Source: Rhodoferax sp. (GTDB lineage Bacteria > Pseudomonadota > Gammaproteobacteria > Burkholderiales > Burkholderiaceae_C). Taken from it: a DNA stretch of 42,153 nt. Positions 1 to 7,598 of the stretch are shown in pieces. The first letter of the stretch is position 1. The number at the start of each line of letters is the position of its first letter. The stretch covers positions 1 through 42,153 of the forward strand of contig JANOAP010000081.1 in the NCBI GenBank assembly GCA_031411175.1. Direction: 5' to 3'. Both the position numbers and the translations under genes were made by a program. The notes beneath the pieces were generated by a model. The model ran no database searches. It worked only from the letters and a program-made list of their open reading frames with translations, and was not told the DNA's origin.

Positions 1-737
1 ACCCGGTCGAGACGCTGTTCGTCGTCGACGCGATGCAGGGCCAGGATGCGATCAACACGGCCAAGGCTTTCAAGGAGGCCTTGCCGCTGACCGGCATCGT
101 GCTGACCAAGCTCGACGGTGACTCACGCGGCGGTGCGGCGCTCAGCGTGCGGCAGATCACCGGCGCGCCGATCAAGTTTTCAGGCACCAGCGAAAAGCTT
201 GACGGGCTGGAGGTGTTTGACGCCGAGCGCCACGCCGGGCGCATTTTGGGCATGGGGGACATTCTGGCGCTGGTCGAACAGGTCACGGCAGGTGTGGATA
301 TGGCCGCAGCGCAAAAGCTGGCGGCCAAGGTCAAGAGCGGCGCGGGGTTTGATCTGAACGACTTCCTGGGCCAGATCCAGCAGATGAAGCAGATGGGGGG
401 GCTGTCCAGCCTGATGGACAAGCTGCCCGCCGCCATGGCCGCCAAAGCCGGTCAGGTCGACATGGACCGCGCTGAAAAGGACATCAAACGCAAGGAAGGC
501 ATCATTCACAGCATGACCCCGCTGGAGCGCCGCAAGCCCGACCTCATCAAAGCGACGCGCAAGCGCCGCATTGCCGCCGGTGCGGGTGTGCAGGTTCAGG
601 AAGTCAACCGCATGCTCAAGGAGTTCGAGCAGATGCAGGACATGATGAAAAAGATGAAGGGCGGCGGCATGATGAAAATGATGAAACGCATGGGCGGGAT
701 GGGGGGCATGAAAGGCATGCCGAAGATGCCGTTTTAA
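1..737 (+). CDS. ffh: Signal recognition particle protein Ffh (SRP54), C-terminal part; 5' end cut by the window edge
   Basis: Frame 3 is open from the first bases (PVETLFVVDAMQGQDAINTAKAF...). This is the end of the SRP GTPase domain, followed by the M domain and the typical Met-rich tail MMKKMKGGGMMKMMKRMGGMGGMKGMPKMPF. The ATG at 33 in the ORF track is internal. Confidence 0.95.
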   Translation, partial: PVETLFVVDAMQGQDAINTAKAFKEALPLTGIVLTKLDGDSRGGAALSVRQITGAPIKFSGTSEKLDGLEVFDAERHAGRILGMGDILALVEQVTAGVDMAAAQKLAAKVKSGAGFDLNDFLGQIQQMKQMGGLSSLMDKLPAAMAAKAGQVDMDRAEKDIKRKEGIIHSMTPLERRKPDLIKATRKRRIAAGAGVQVQEVNRMLKEFEQMQDMMKKMKGGGMMKMMKRMGGMGGMKGMPKMPF

Positions 738-763
738 CGTCCAGCACGGGTTCTGCAACAGGT

Positions 764-2950
764 TCAGCCAGGGAGTGGGGGTGTCGTTTGTGTCCGCCAC
801 ATGGCTCTGAATGCTGCGGCCAAACTGTCGGCAAATCGTTGTCCGTCAAAAACCGCGGAGTTCATCACCTGGTTGCGCAGACCCTGTCGCAACTTTGCCA
901 ATGAGCCCAGGTCGGAACTGAATGTGACCGCGCGTTGAGCGTAATCCTCTGCATCGCTTGCAACCCACTCCTCAAGACTGGCGTTTACCAGCAAACCGAC
1001 GCCCTGTCGGGATAAAAACCGTTGACCAGCCAACGTGAGTACCGGCACGCCCATCCAGAGCGCCTCAGCGGTTGTTGCACCGCCTGGGTAGGGGAATGGG
1101 TCCAGCGCGATGTCCACGCGATGATACGCCGCCAGATAGGCGGCGCGAGGCTCGTTGCCTTCAAGGATTAGCCGGTCAATGTGCACGCCTTGTGCGCCGA
1201 AGCGGTTGATGACACTTTGACAAACTGAAGTTTCACGCAGCTGCTTGGCTTTCAGAAACAGGCGGCTGTTCGGGACCCGCAGCAACACCTTGGACCAAAG
1301 TGCAACGACTTCATCGTTCATCTTGGCCAGGCTGTTGAAACACCCAAACGTGATGTAGTTGTTGTGCAGCGCAGGCAGGCTTGATATCGCGATGTCAACG
1401 TCGGGCGGTGTAAAGCACAGCCGGGTTTGCGGCAACCTCCAGATTTTCTCGGTGAAGTAACGCTCTTCGGACGCGGGCAGGGTCACCGGATCGGCGATCA
1501 GATAGTCGATTGCCGCCACCCCGGTGGTTGCAAAATAGCCCAACCATGAAACCTGCAGCGGTGCGGGTTTGAGTGCAAACAAGGGCAACCGGTTGTGCGC
1601 CGTATGCCCCGACAGATCTACGAGGATGTCGATCTGGTCGTGAACTATTCGTTGTGCGAGTTGTTCGTCCGAGATGCCTGCCACCTGGTGCCAGGCAGAA
1701 CAATACTGTTTGAGGCGGCTGGTCAGATCGTCTTCAAGAAAGTGGTTTGAGAAGCCGTAGAACTCGATTTTTCCGGCCTGCACGACAGACATTGCCTTCA
1801 GGGTGCTCTCCACAAAATACCCTACAGGGTGACTGCGGAAGTCACCCGAGACCAGTCCAATGCGCAGACATTTCTCAGGGTCTGGATTGACTGGCTCTGC
1901 AGATTGCGTCTCGCGGGAGGGGGCCACCAGACTGCCATATCTCATGGCCAGTGTCAGCATCTCATCCGGCGACGCACTGGGTAATAGGCTTTGAACAAAC
2001 AGCAGATTGCTGAAAGCCTGAAAATACGCGGGCTTCAATTCCACCGCCTGGGCAAAAGACGCATTGGACTCCTCATAGCGACCCAAATCCATCAGCAGCA
2101 TGCCCAGATTGTTATGGGCTGGGGCGTGGTGCGGGTTGATTTTTAGCGCCATTCGAACACTCGCTACCGCATCATCCAGCAGACCCAGATCACGCCACGC
2201 ATTGCCCAGGTTGTTGTGGGCTTCCGGAAATTTGGCGTTGATCGATAGGGCAGTGTGATAACAGGTCACTGCTTGACGGACCTCGCCCATATCCCTCAGC
2301 GTGTTGCCCATATTGCAATGGGCTTCAATATTTTTCGGACTGAACTGAATGGCAAGACGAAACTCAGCCAAAGCCTCATTCATTCGCCCCGCCTTTTGCA
2401 GAGCAACACCCAGGGTGTTGTGGGCGCTTGCATCACCCGGCAAAAGAACGGTGGCCCTCTGCAGCGCGTCAATGGCGTCCTTCTTCAGGTTCAGGCGTGA
2501 AAACCCCAAAACACTCCACAGGTAGCCGGATTCTGTGTAACGGCTCAGCAATGCTGCCACGTACTGCTCTACTTCCGCGTGACGGCCAGCACCCAGCAGC
2601 GTGTCCAGCCGGTCCAGCTCAGACGCGGTGGGCTCCTTCGGTTGGTTCTGCGATCTCAATAGTGCAGCCTGCGCATCCTGTCGCAAAGACAAAGCCACAG
2701 GAACCGTCAGGCCGCCGTCTATGGCCTTCTGGATGACGCTCAATGCAGCACCAGGGTTACCCGCTACCAGAAGTCCATGGGCATAGGAGAGCCAATACTG
2801 GCCGGTGCCAGGTTCGGCTTCCAGCGCCAGTTTGAGCAACGGCAGGCCCTGGCCAAAATGGCCTTGCTGCATGAGTGCCATGCCCCGGCTGTGATGGGCC
2901 ACGGCGTCCGGAGGTTGTGATGGCCCGGTGAAATGGGTTGACTCGGCCAT
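764..2950 (-). CDS. TPR-repeat protein fused to a GT41 (O-GlcNAc transferase / SPINDLY-like) glycosyltransferase domain, 728 aa
   Basis: ATG at 2948-2950. The N-terminal ~330 aa carry tandem TPRs with an Asn ladder (AHNTLG, AHCNMGNTLRDMG, AHNNLGNAWRDLG, AHNNLGMLLMDLG) close to the eukaryotic OGT repeat AYSNMGNTLKEM. The C-terminal ~365 aa (LRIGLVSGDFRSHPVGYF...DPFPYPGGATTAEALWMGVPVLT) is typical of GT41. Confidence 0.85.
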   Translation of the reverse strand: MAESTHFTGPSQPPDAVAHHSRGMALMQQGHFGQGLPLLKLALEAEPGTGQYWLSYAHGLLVAGNPGAALSVIQKAIDGGLTVPVALSLRQDAQAALLRSQNQPKEPTASELDRLDTLLGAGRHAEVEQYVAALLSRYTESGYLWSVLGFSRLNLKKDAIDALQRATVLLPGDASAHNTLGVALQKAGRMNEALAEFRLAIQFSPKNIEAHCNMGNTLRDMGEVRQAVTCYHTALSINAKFPEAHNNLGNAWRDLGLLDDAVASVRMALKINPHHAPAHNNLGMLLMDLGRYEESNASFAQAVELKPAYFQAFSNLLFVQSLLPSASPDEMLTLAMRYGSLVAPSRETQSAEPVNPDPEKCLRIGLVSGDFRSHPVGYFVESTLKAMSVVQAGKIEFYGFSNHFLEDDLTSRLKQYCSAWHQVAGISDEQLAQRIVHDQIDILVDLSGHTAHNRLPLFALKPAPLQVSWLGYFATTGVAAIDYLIADPVTLPASEERYFTEKIWRLPQTRLCFTPPDVDIAISSLPALHNNYITFGCFNSLAKMNDEVVALWSKVLLRVPNSRLFLKAKQLRETSVCQSVINRFGAQGVHIDRLILEGNEPRAAYLAAYHRVDIALDPFPYPGGATTAEALWMGVPVLTLAGQRFLSRQGVGLLVNASLEEWVASDAEDYAQRAVTFSSDLGSLAKLRQGLRNQVMNSAVFDGQRFADSLAAAFRAMWRTQTTPPLPG

Positions 2951-2991
2951 TCAGGATGACTGTTCGTGCCCTGCTCTCCAGCGGTTTGCTG

Positions 2992-4359
2992 TCAGGCTGC
3001 CATGGCTTCGTTGCGTACCAGCACCTCACCACGCAGCGAAAATGTGCGTGTCTCGGTGATGCTCACATCCACCAGTTGCCCAATCAGCCGCGCAGGTCCG
3101 GCAAAGTTGACGGCGCGGTTGCACTCGGTGCGGCCCATCAGCTCGGTTGCATCGCGTTTGGAGATGCCTTCTACCAAAATGCGTTGCACGCTCCCCAGCC
3201 GGCTTTCACTGATGCGTGTGATGCTGGCGTTGATGACGCCTTGCAAGTGGTGCAGGCGGCGCAGCTTGTCGTCATGTGGGGTGTCGTCATGCAGGTTGGC
3301 CGCCGGTGTGCCGGGGCGTGGGCTGAAGATAAAGCTGAAGCTGTTGTCAAAGCCCACGTCGTCAATCAGCTTCATCATCTTGCCAAAGTCGTCTTCGGTC
3401 TCGCCGGGGAAGCCCACGATGAAGTCGCTGCTGATGGCCATGTTGGGCCGTATGGCGCGCAGCTTGCGGATGGTGCTTTTGTATTCCATGGCCGTGTAGC
3501 CGCGCTTCATGGCCATCAAAATACGGTCGCTGCCGTGCTGCACGGGCAGGTGCAGGTGACTCACCAGTTTGGGGATTTTGTCGTACGCCGCAATCAGCGA
3601 CGGCGTGAACTCATTGGGGTGGCTGGTGGTGTAGCGGATGCGCTCAATGCCGGGGATGTCGGCCACGTACTCCAGCAGCGTAGCGAAATCAGCCATTTCT
3701 GAAGTGAGGGCGCTGAGGGAACTCTCTGAACCAATCATCCTGGCGCGGTAGGCGTTCACGTTTTGCCCCAGCAGCGTGACCTCTTTCACGCCCTGGTCGG
3801 CCAGGCCCGCCACTTCGACCAGCACATCTTCAAACGGGCGACTCACTTCTTCACCACGGGTGTAGGGCACCACGCAGTAGCTGCAGTATTTGGAGCAGCC
3901 TTCCATGATGCTCACAAAAGCGGTGGCACCTTCTACACGGGCTGGGGGCAAGTGGTCAAACTTCTCGATCTCGGGGAAGCTGATGTCCACTTGCGAGCGG
4001 TTTTGCAATGTGCGCTGGTTCAGCAGCTCGGGCAGGCGGTGCAGGGTTTGCGGGCCAAACACCACGTCTACATAAGGTGCGCGCTCAATGATGGCCGCGC
4101 CTTCCTGGCTGGCCACACAGCCGCCCACGCCAATCAGCACGCCCTTTTTCTTGAGGTGCTTCACGCGGCCCAGGTCGGAGAACACTTTCTCTTGTGCCTT
4201 CTCGCGCACCGAGCAGGTGTTGAACAGAATCAGGTCGGCCTCGTCCACGTTTTGTGTGGGCTCGTAGCCCTGCGCAGCGTGCATCACGTCAGCCATCTTG
4301 CCCGAGTCATACTCGTTCATCTGGCAGCAAAAGGTTTTGATAAAGACTTTTTTGCTCAT
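2992..4359 (-). CDS. miaB: tRNA-2-methylthio-N6-dimethylallyladenosine synthase MiaB (radical SAM methylthiotransferase)
   Basis: ORF 2992..4500 trimmed to the ATG at 4357-4359 ([19 protein letters not shown]...). Radical-SAM CxxxCxxC motif (CSKYCSYC) and a TRAM-like C-terminus are present. The 455 aa length is typical of MiaB. Confidence 0.95.
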   Translation of the reverse strand: MSKKVFIKTFCCQMNEYDSGKMADVMHAAQGYEPTQNVDEADLILFNTCSVREKAQEKVFSDLGRVKHLKKKGVLIGVGGCVASQEGAAIIERAPYVDVVFGPQTLHRLPELLNQRTLQNRSQVDISFPEIEKFDHLPPARVEGATAFVSIMEGCSKYCSYCVVPYTRGEEVSRPFEDVLVEVAGLADQGVKEVTLLGQNVNAYRARMIGSESSLSALTSEMADFATLLEYVADIPGIERIRYTTSHPNEFTPSLIAAYDKIPKLVSHLHLPVQHGSDRILMAMKRGYTAMEYKSTIRKLRAIRPNMAISSDFIVGFPGETEDDFGKMMKLIDDVGFDNSFSFIFSPRPGTPAANLHDDTPHDDKLRRLHHLQGVINASITRISESRLGSVQRILVEGISKRDATELMGRTECNRAVNFAGPARLIGQLVDVSITETRTFSLRGEVLVRNEAMAA

Positions 4360-4372
4360 GCGGGTCGCCTGC

Positions 4373-4831
4373 TTATTGCTTGTACTTGGGCAACTGGTCG
4401 AACGGCGTTTTGCCATCGTCCACCTTGGGCTTGTCGGCGTCTGAGCCAAAGCTGTAGTTGGTGACCGGGCCTGAGCCGGCGCGTTCCTGCAGGGCTTCAA
4501 GCTCGTTCAGAATCCACACGTCGTGGATTTGTCCCTGCGGCGTGCGCGTGTAGTTCACGACCACGCGCGCGCCAACCATCTGGCCCGACATCACCAGCAT
4601 ATTGTTCAGGCCGCGAATGCGTGCACCAGGCGACAGCCGCTCGGCGTTTCCGTCGATCAGGATTTCAGGCGGGGTGAGGACTTCGAGGGTTCCCCTTCGC
4701 GCTGCGGGTGGGAACTGGCGCACGGTCATCTGGGCCGATGCAACAGACGGCAAAAGTGCCATCGTGGCGGCAGAAATACAGATGCCAATTGAAAAAAGAG
4801 GGAGCAGCAGGGAGCGCATGCAGCGATTCAT
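4373..4831 (-). CDS. Hypothetical secreted protein, 152 aa, with N-terminal signal peptide
   Basis: [35 protein letters not shown] is a signal peptide with an A-S-A site. The stop lies 13 nt upstream of the miaB start on the same strand. I recognise no domain. Confidence 0.6.
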   Translation of the reverse strand: MNRCMRSLLLPLFSIGICISAATMALLPSVASAQMTVRQFPPAARRGTLEVLTPPEILIDGNAERLSPGARIRGLNNMLVMSGQMVGARVVVNYTRTPQGQIHDVWILNELEALQERAGSGPVTNYSFGSDADKPKVDDGKTPFDQLPKYKQ

Positions 4832-5073
4832 GGTGTTTGTCCAGAGGCTGAAAAAGACATTTTAGATCAATCACTTACGACCATCTTCAAACAGCGGACC
4901 AAACTGCGGACCAGTAGCGCCAGTGACCCGTACCATGAGATCGCATTTTGGTGACAGGGCATTGTGTCGACTTGGCGTAGGCTTTGTCACCTTGGTATGA
5001 CCTTGTTTTTCGGCGCGACGAGGGCCCGTCAAGGTCAGATTTGCAGTGAAACGATCACAAAATGGAGACTCAC

Positions 5074-6225
5074 ATGACCAGCGTTTTAACCTTCCCTCGC
5101 ACCGTATTCCGCGAAGATCACGAGGCCTACCGCGACACTGTGCGCCGCTTTATTGACCGCGAATGCAAGCCCAAACAGGCCGAATGGGACAAGGCCGGCC
5201 GTGTGGACCGCGAGACCTGGCTCAAGGCCGGGCGCGAAGGCCTGCTGTGCACGTCGCAGGCCGAAGCGTGGGGCGGTGCTGGGGGCGACTTTGGCCACTG
5301 CGCCATTTTGATTGAAGAAATTTCGCGCTCAGGCATCAGCGGCCCCGGCTTTTACCTGCATTCCGACATCATTGCGCCGTACATTGAGCGCCTGGGTACC
5401 GAGGCGCAAAAGAAGCGCTGGCTGGCCTCATGTGCGCGGGGCGAGACCATCCTGGCGATTGCCATGAGCGAACCCGGCGCAGGCAGCGACCTGAAGGCGA
5501 TTCGCACCACGGCCATCCGCGATGGGGACGAGTACGTGATCAACGGCTCCAAAACCTTCATCTCCAACGGGCTCAATTGCGACCTGGTGGTGCTGGTGGC
5601 CAAGACCCAGCCAGAGCTGGGTGGCAAGGGCGTCTCGCTGATTCTGGTGGAGGCCGACCGGCCCGGTTTTCGCAAAGGCCGCAAACTTGAAAAAATGGGC
5701 CAGGAGGCGGCCGACACCGCCGAGCTGTTTTTTGAAGACGTGCGCGTGCCGGTGTCCAACCGGCTGGGTGAGGAGGGCCAGGGGTTTGCCTACCTCATGA
5801 AAGAGCTGGCGCAAGAGCGCTTCATCATTGCCATCAGCGCGGCGGCCAAGATCGAAGCCATGCTGGATGAGACCATCCGCTACACCAAGGAGCGCATGGT
5901 GTTTGGCAAGCCACTGTTTGATTTTCAGAACACGCGCTTCAAGCTGGCCGAGATCAAAACCCGCGCCACCGCCATGCGCATGATGGTGGACCAGTACCTG
6001 GCCGAGCACCTGCGCCGCAAGCTCACGCTGGAAGAGGCCGCCATCGCCAAGCTTTTTTGCACCGAAGAGCTGGGCAAATGCCTGGACGAGCTGCTGCAAC
6101 TCTATGGCGGCTATGGCTACATGATGGAATACCCGATCTGCCGCGCCTATGTGGATTCACGCGTGAACCGCATCTACGGCGGTACCAGCGAGGTCATGAA
6201 AGAGCTGATCTCGCGTAACCTGTAA
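5074..6225 (+). CDS. Acyl-CoA dehydrogenase, LCAD/IVD-like subtype
   Basis: GGAGA at 5064-5068 sits 5 nt before the ATG at 5074; the ORF-track ATG at 5062 has no RBS. ACAD fold throughout. The C-terminal motif is IYGGTSEVMKELISRNL, with Gly where MCAD-type enzymes carry the catalytic Glu, and LAQERF matches the LCAD helix-G position. Confidence 0.9.
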   Translation: MTSVLTFPRTVFREDHEAYRDTVRRFIDRECKPKQAEWDKAGRVDRETWLKAGREGLLCTSQAEAWGGAGGDFGHCAILIEEISRSGISGPGFYLHSDIIAPYIERLGTEAQKKRWLASCARGETILAIAMSEPGAGSDLKAIRTTAIRDGDEYVINGSKTFISNGLNCDLVVLVAKTQPELGGKGVSLILVEADRPGFRKGRKLEKMGQEAADTAELFFEDVRVPVSNRLGEEGQGFAYLMKELAQERFIIAISAAAKIEAMLDETIRYTKERMVFGKPLFDFQNTRFKLAEIKTRATAMRMMVDQYLAEHLRRKLTLEEAAIAKLFCTEELGKCLDELLQLYGGYGYMMEYPICRAYVDSRVNRIYGGTSEVMKELISRNL

Positions 6226-6261
6226 ACCGCAAGTGATACAACCAACTGACAGGAGAATTTC

Positions 6262-7176
6262 ATGGGCAATATGGTGAAAGACAAAGTCGTCGTGGTCACA
6301 GGCTCGGGGGGCGGCATTGGCCGCGACATCGCCCTGGCCATGGTGCGCGAGGGGGCCAAGGTGGTGGTGAATGACCTGGGCGCTTCGGTGTCGGGCGAAG
6401 GCAATGACGCAGGTCCGGCGCAAGCCGTGGTGAACGAGATCAAGGCGCTGGGCGGCGAGGCCGTTGCCAACACCGACAGCGTGTCGGATGCCACGGGCGC
6501 TGGCCGCATCATCCAGACCGCGCTGGACACCTTTGGCCGCATTGACGTGGTCGTCAACAACGCGGGCATTCTGCGTGACCGCTTCTTCCACAAGATGAGC
6601 GCGGACGAGTGGGATGCGGTCATCAAGGTCCACCTCTACGGCGCGTACTACGTCAGCCGCGCTGCGGCCACCCATTTCAAGGAACAGGGCTCGGGCAACT
6701 ACATCCACATGACCTCCACCTCAGGGCTGGTGGGCAACTTTGGGCAGGCCAACTACTCGGCGGCCAAGCTGGGTGTGATGGCGCTGTCCAAGTCCATCGC
6801 GCTGGACATGCAGAAGTTCAAGGTGCGTTCCAACTGCATTGCGCCGTTTGCCTGGAGCCGCATGATTGGCTCCATCCCCACGGACACCGATGCTGAAAAA
6901 GCGCGCGTGGAGCGCATCAAGCAGATGACCCCTGCCAAGATTGCCCCGCTGGCTGTGTGCCTGGCCAGCGATGCAGCGTCTGACACCAATGGCCAGATCT
7001 TTGCGGTGCGCAACAACGAAATCTTCCTGATGAGCCAGCCGCGCCCCGTGCGCTCGGTGCACCGCAGCGAGGGCTGGAGCCCCGAGACGGTGCTGAGCCA
7101 CGCGTTACCCGCATTGAAGGCCAGTTTCTATCCATTAGATCGCTCCGGCGATGTTTTCAGCTGGGACCCAATATGA
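6262..7176 (+). CDS. Short-chain dehydrogenase/reductase, MFE-2 / Hsd4A-like (3R)-hydroxyacyl-CoA dehydrogenase type
   Basis: AGGAG at 6251-6255. Contains TGSGGGIG (TGxxxGxG), NNAGILRD and GNFGQANYSAAK (YxxxK). The overall pattern matches the N-terminal dehydrogenase domain of peroxisomal multifunctional enzyme 2. Confidence 0.85.
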   Translation: MGNMVKDKVVVVTGSGGGIGRDIALAMVREGAKVVVNDLGASVSGEGNDAGPAQAVVNEIKALGGEAVANTDSVSDATGAGRIIQTALDTFGRIDVVVNNAGILRDRFFHKMSADEWDAVIKVHLYGAYYVSRAAATHFKEQGSGNYIHMTSTSGLVGNFGQANYSAAKLGVMALSKSIALDMQKFKVRSNCIAPFAWSRMIGSIPTDTDAEKARVERIKQMTPAKIAPLAVCLASDAASDTNGQIFAVRNNEIFLMSQPRPVRSVHRSEGWSPETVLSHALPALKASFYPLDRSGDVFSWDPI

Positions 7177-7598
7177 CAGACACCTCCAGCGCGCCACCCA
7201 CAGGCGTGCAAATTCAGCATCAGACAGCGCTCGATGCGGGCCGCTTCCTCATCCAGCATTGCGCGGCCTGTGGCAATCACGTGTACTTTCCGCGCGAGAT
7301 ATGCCCGCACTGTGGCGCTGGCGATCTGACCTGGGTAGAGCCCAGCGGTGTCGGCACGGTTTACGCCGTGACCACGGTGCGCCGCAAGGCGGATGCAGGC
7401 GGCGACTACAACGTGTCGCTGATTGACCTGGCCGAGGGTGTGCGCCTGATGAGCCGGGTGACCGACCTGGCCCCCGATGCCGTGCGCATTGGCCAGCAGG
7501 TCAGGGCGCGGGTTCAAATGCTTGAGGGTAAGGGCGTAATTGTGTTTGATGCCCCCACACAGCGTGCTAACCCTGCTATAAAAAAGGAAGCGTCATGA
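7173..7598 (+). CDS. DUF35-family protein (rubredoxin-like zinc ribbon plus OB fold), thiolase/aldolase partner subunit
   Basis: ATGA start/stop overlaps with both neighbours (7173-7176 and 7595-7598). Has CAAC...CPHC (Cx2C-x~14-Cx2C) followed by an OB-fold-like segment (VYAVTTV...LIDLAEGVRLMSRV). 141 aa. Confidence 0.85.
   Translation: MTDTSSAPPTGVQIQHQTALDAGRFLIQHCAACGNHVYFPREICPHCGAGDLTWVEPSGVGTVYAVTTVRRKADAGGDYNVSLIDLAEGVRLMSRVTDLAPDAVRIGQQVRARVQMLEGKGVIVFDAPTQRANPAIKKEAS

Noticed and set aside
2938-3702. Long ORFs antisense to confirmed genes. Examples are 2938..3702 (+) opposite miaB, 180..800 (-) opposite ffh, 5428..6099 (-) and 9279..10178 (-) opposite the ACADs, 11499..12173 (-) opposite the CoA-transferase, 18036..18746 (-) opposite paaK, and 38668..39480 and 38714..39616 (-) opposite chpA.
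   Set aside because: Their translations are Arg/Ala/Gly/His-rich low-information strings typical of the stop-poor antisense frames of high-GC genes. Each lies wholly within a gene whose product has clear family motifs, and none has a recognisable RBS or domain.
4360-4500. N-terminal extensions offered by the ORF track. The cases are miaB to 4500, the Bug gene from 10021, paaG from 16162, MOSC from 22538, ychF from 23539, yqaA-like to 25242, dusB from 25347, purH from 26641, the glycine-zipper gene to 29161 and chpA from 35528.
   Set aside because: The track takes the longest ORF and accepts GTG/TTG starts. In each case the extension overlaps the neighbouring gene or lacks an RBS, and an internal ATG or GTG reproduces the canonical family N-terminus (for example [49 protein letters not shown]).
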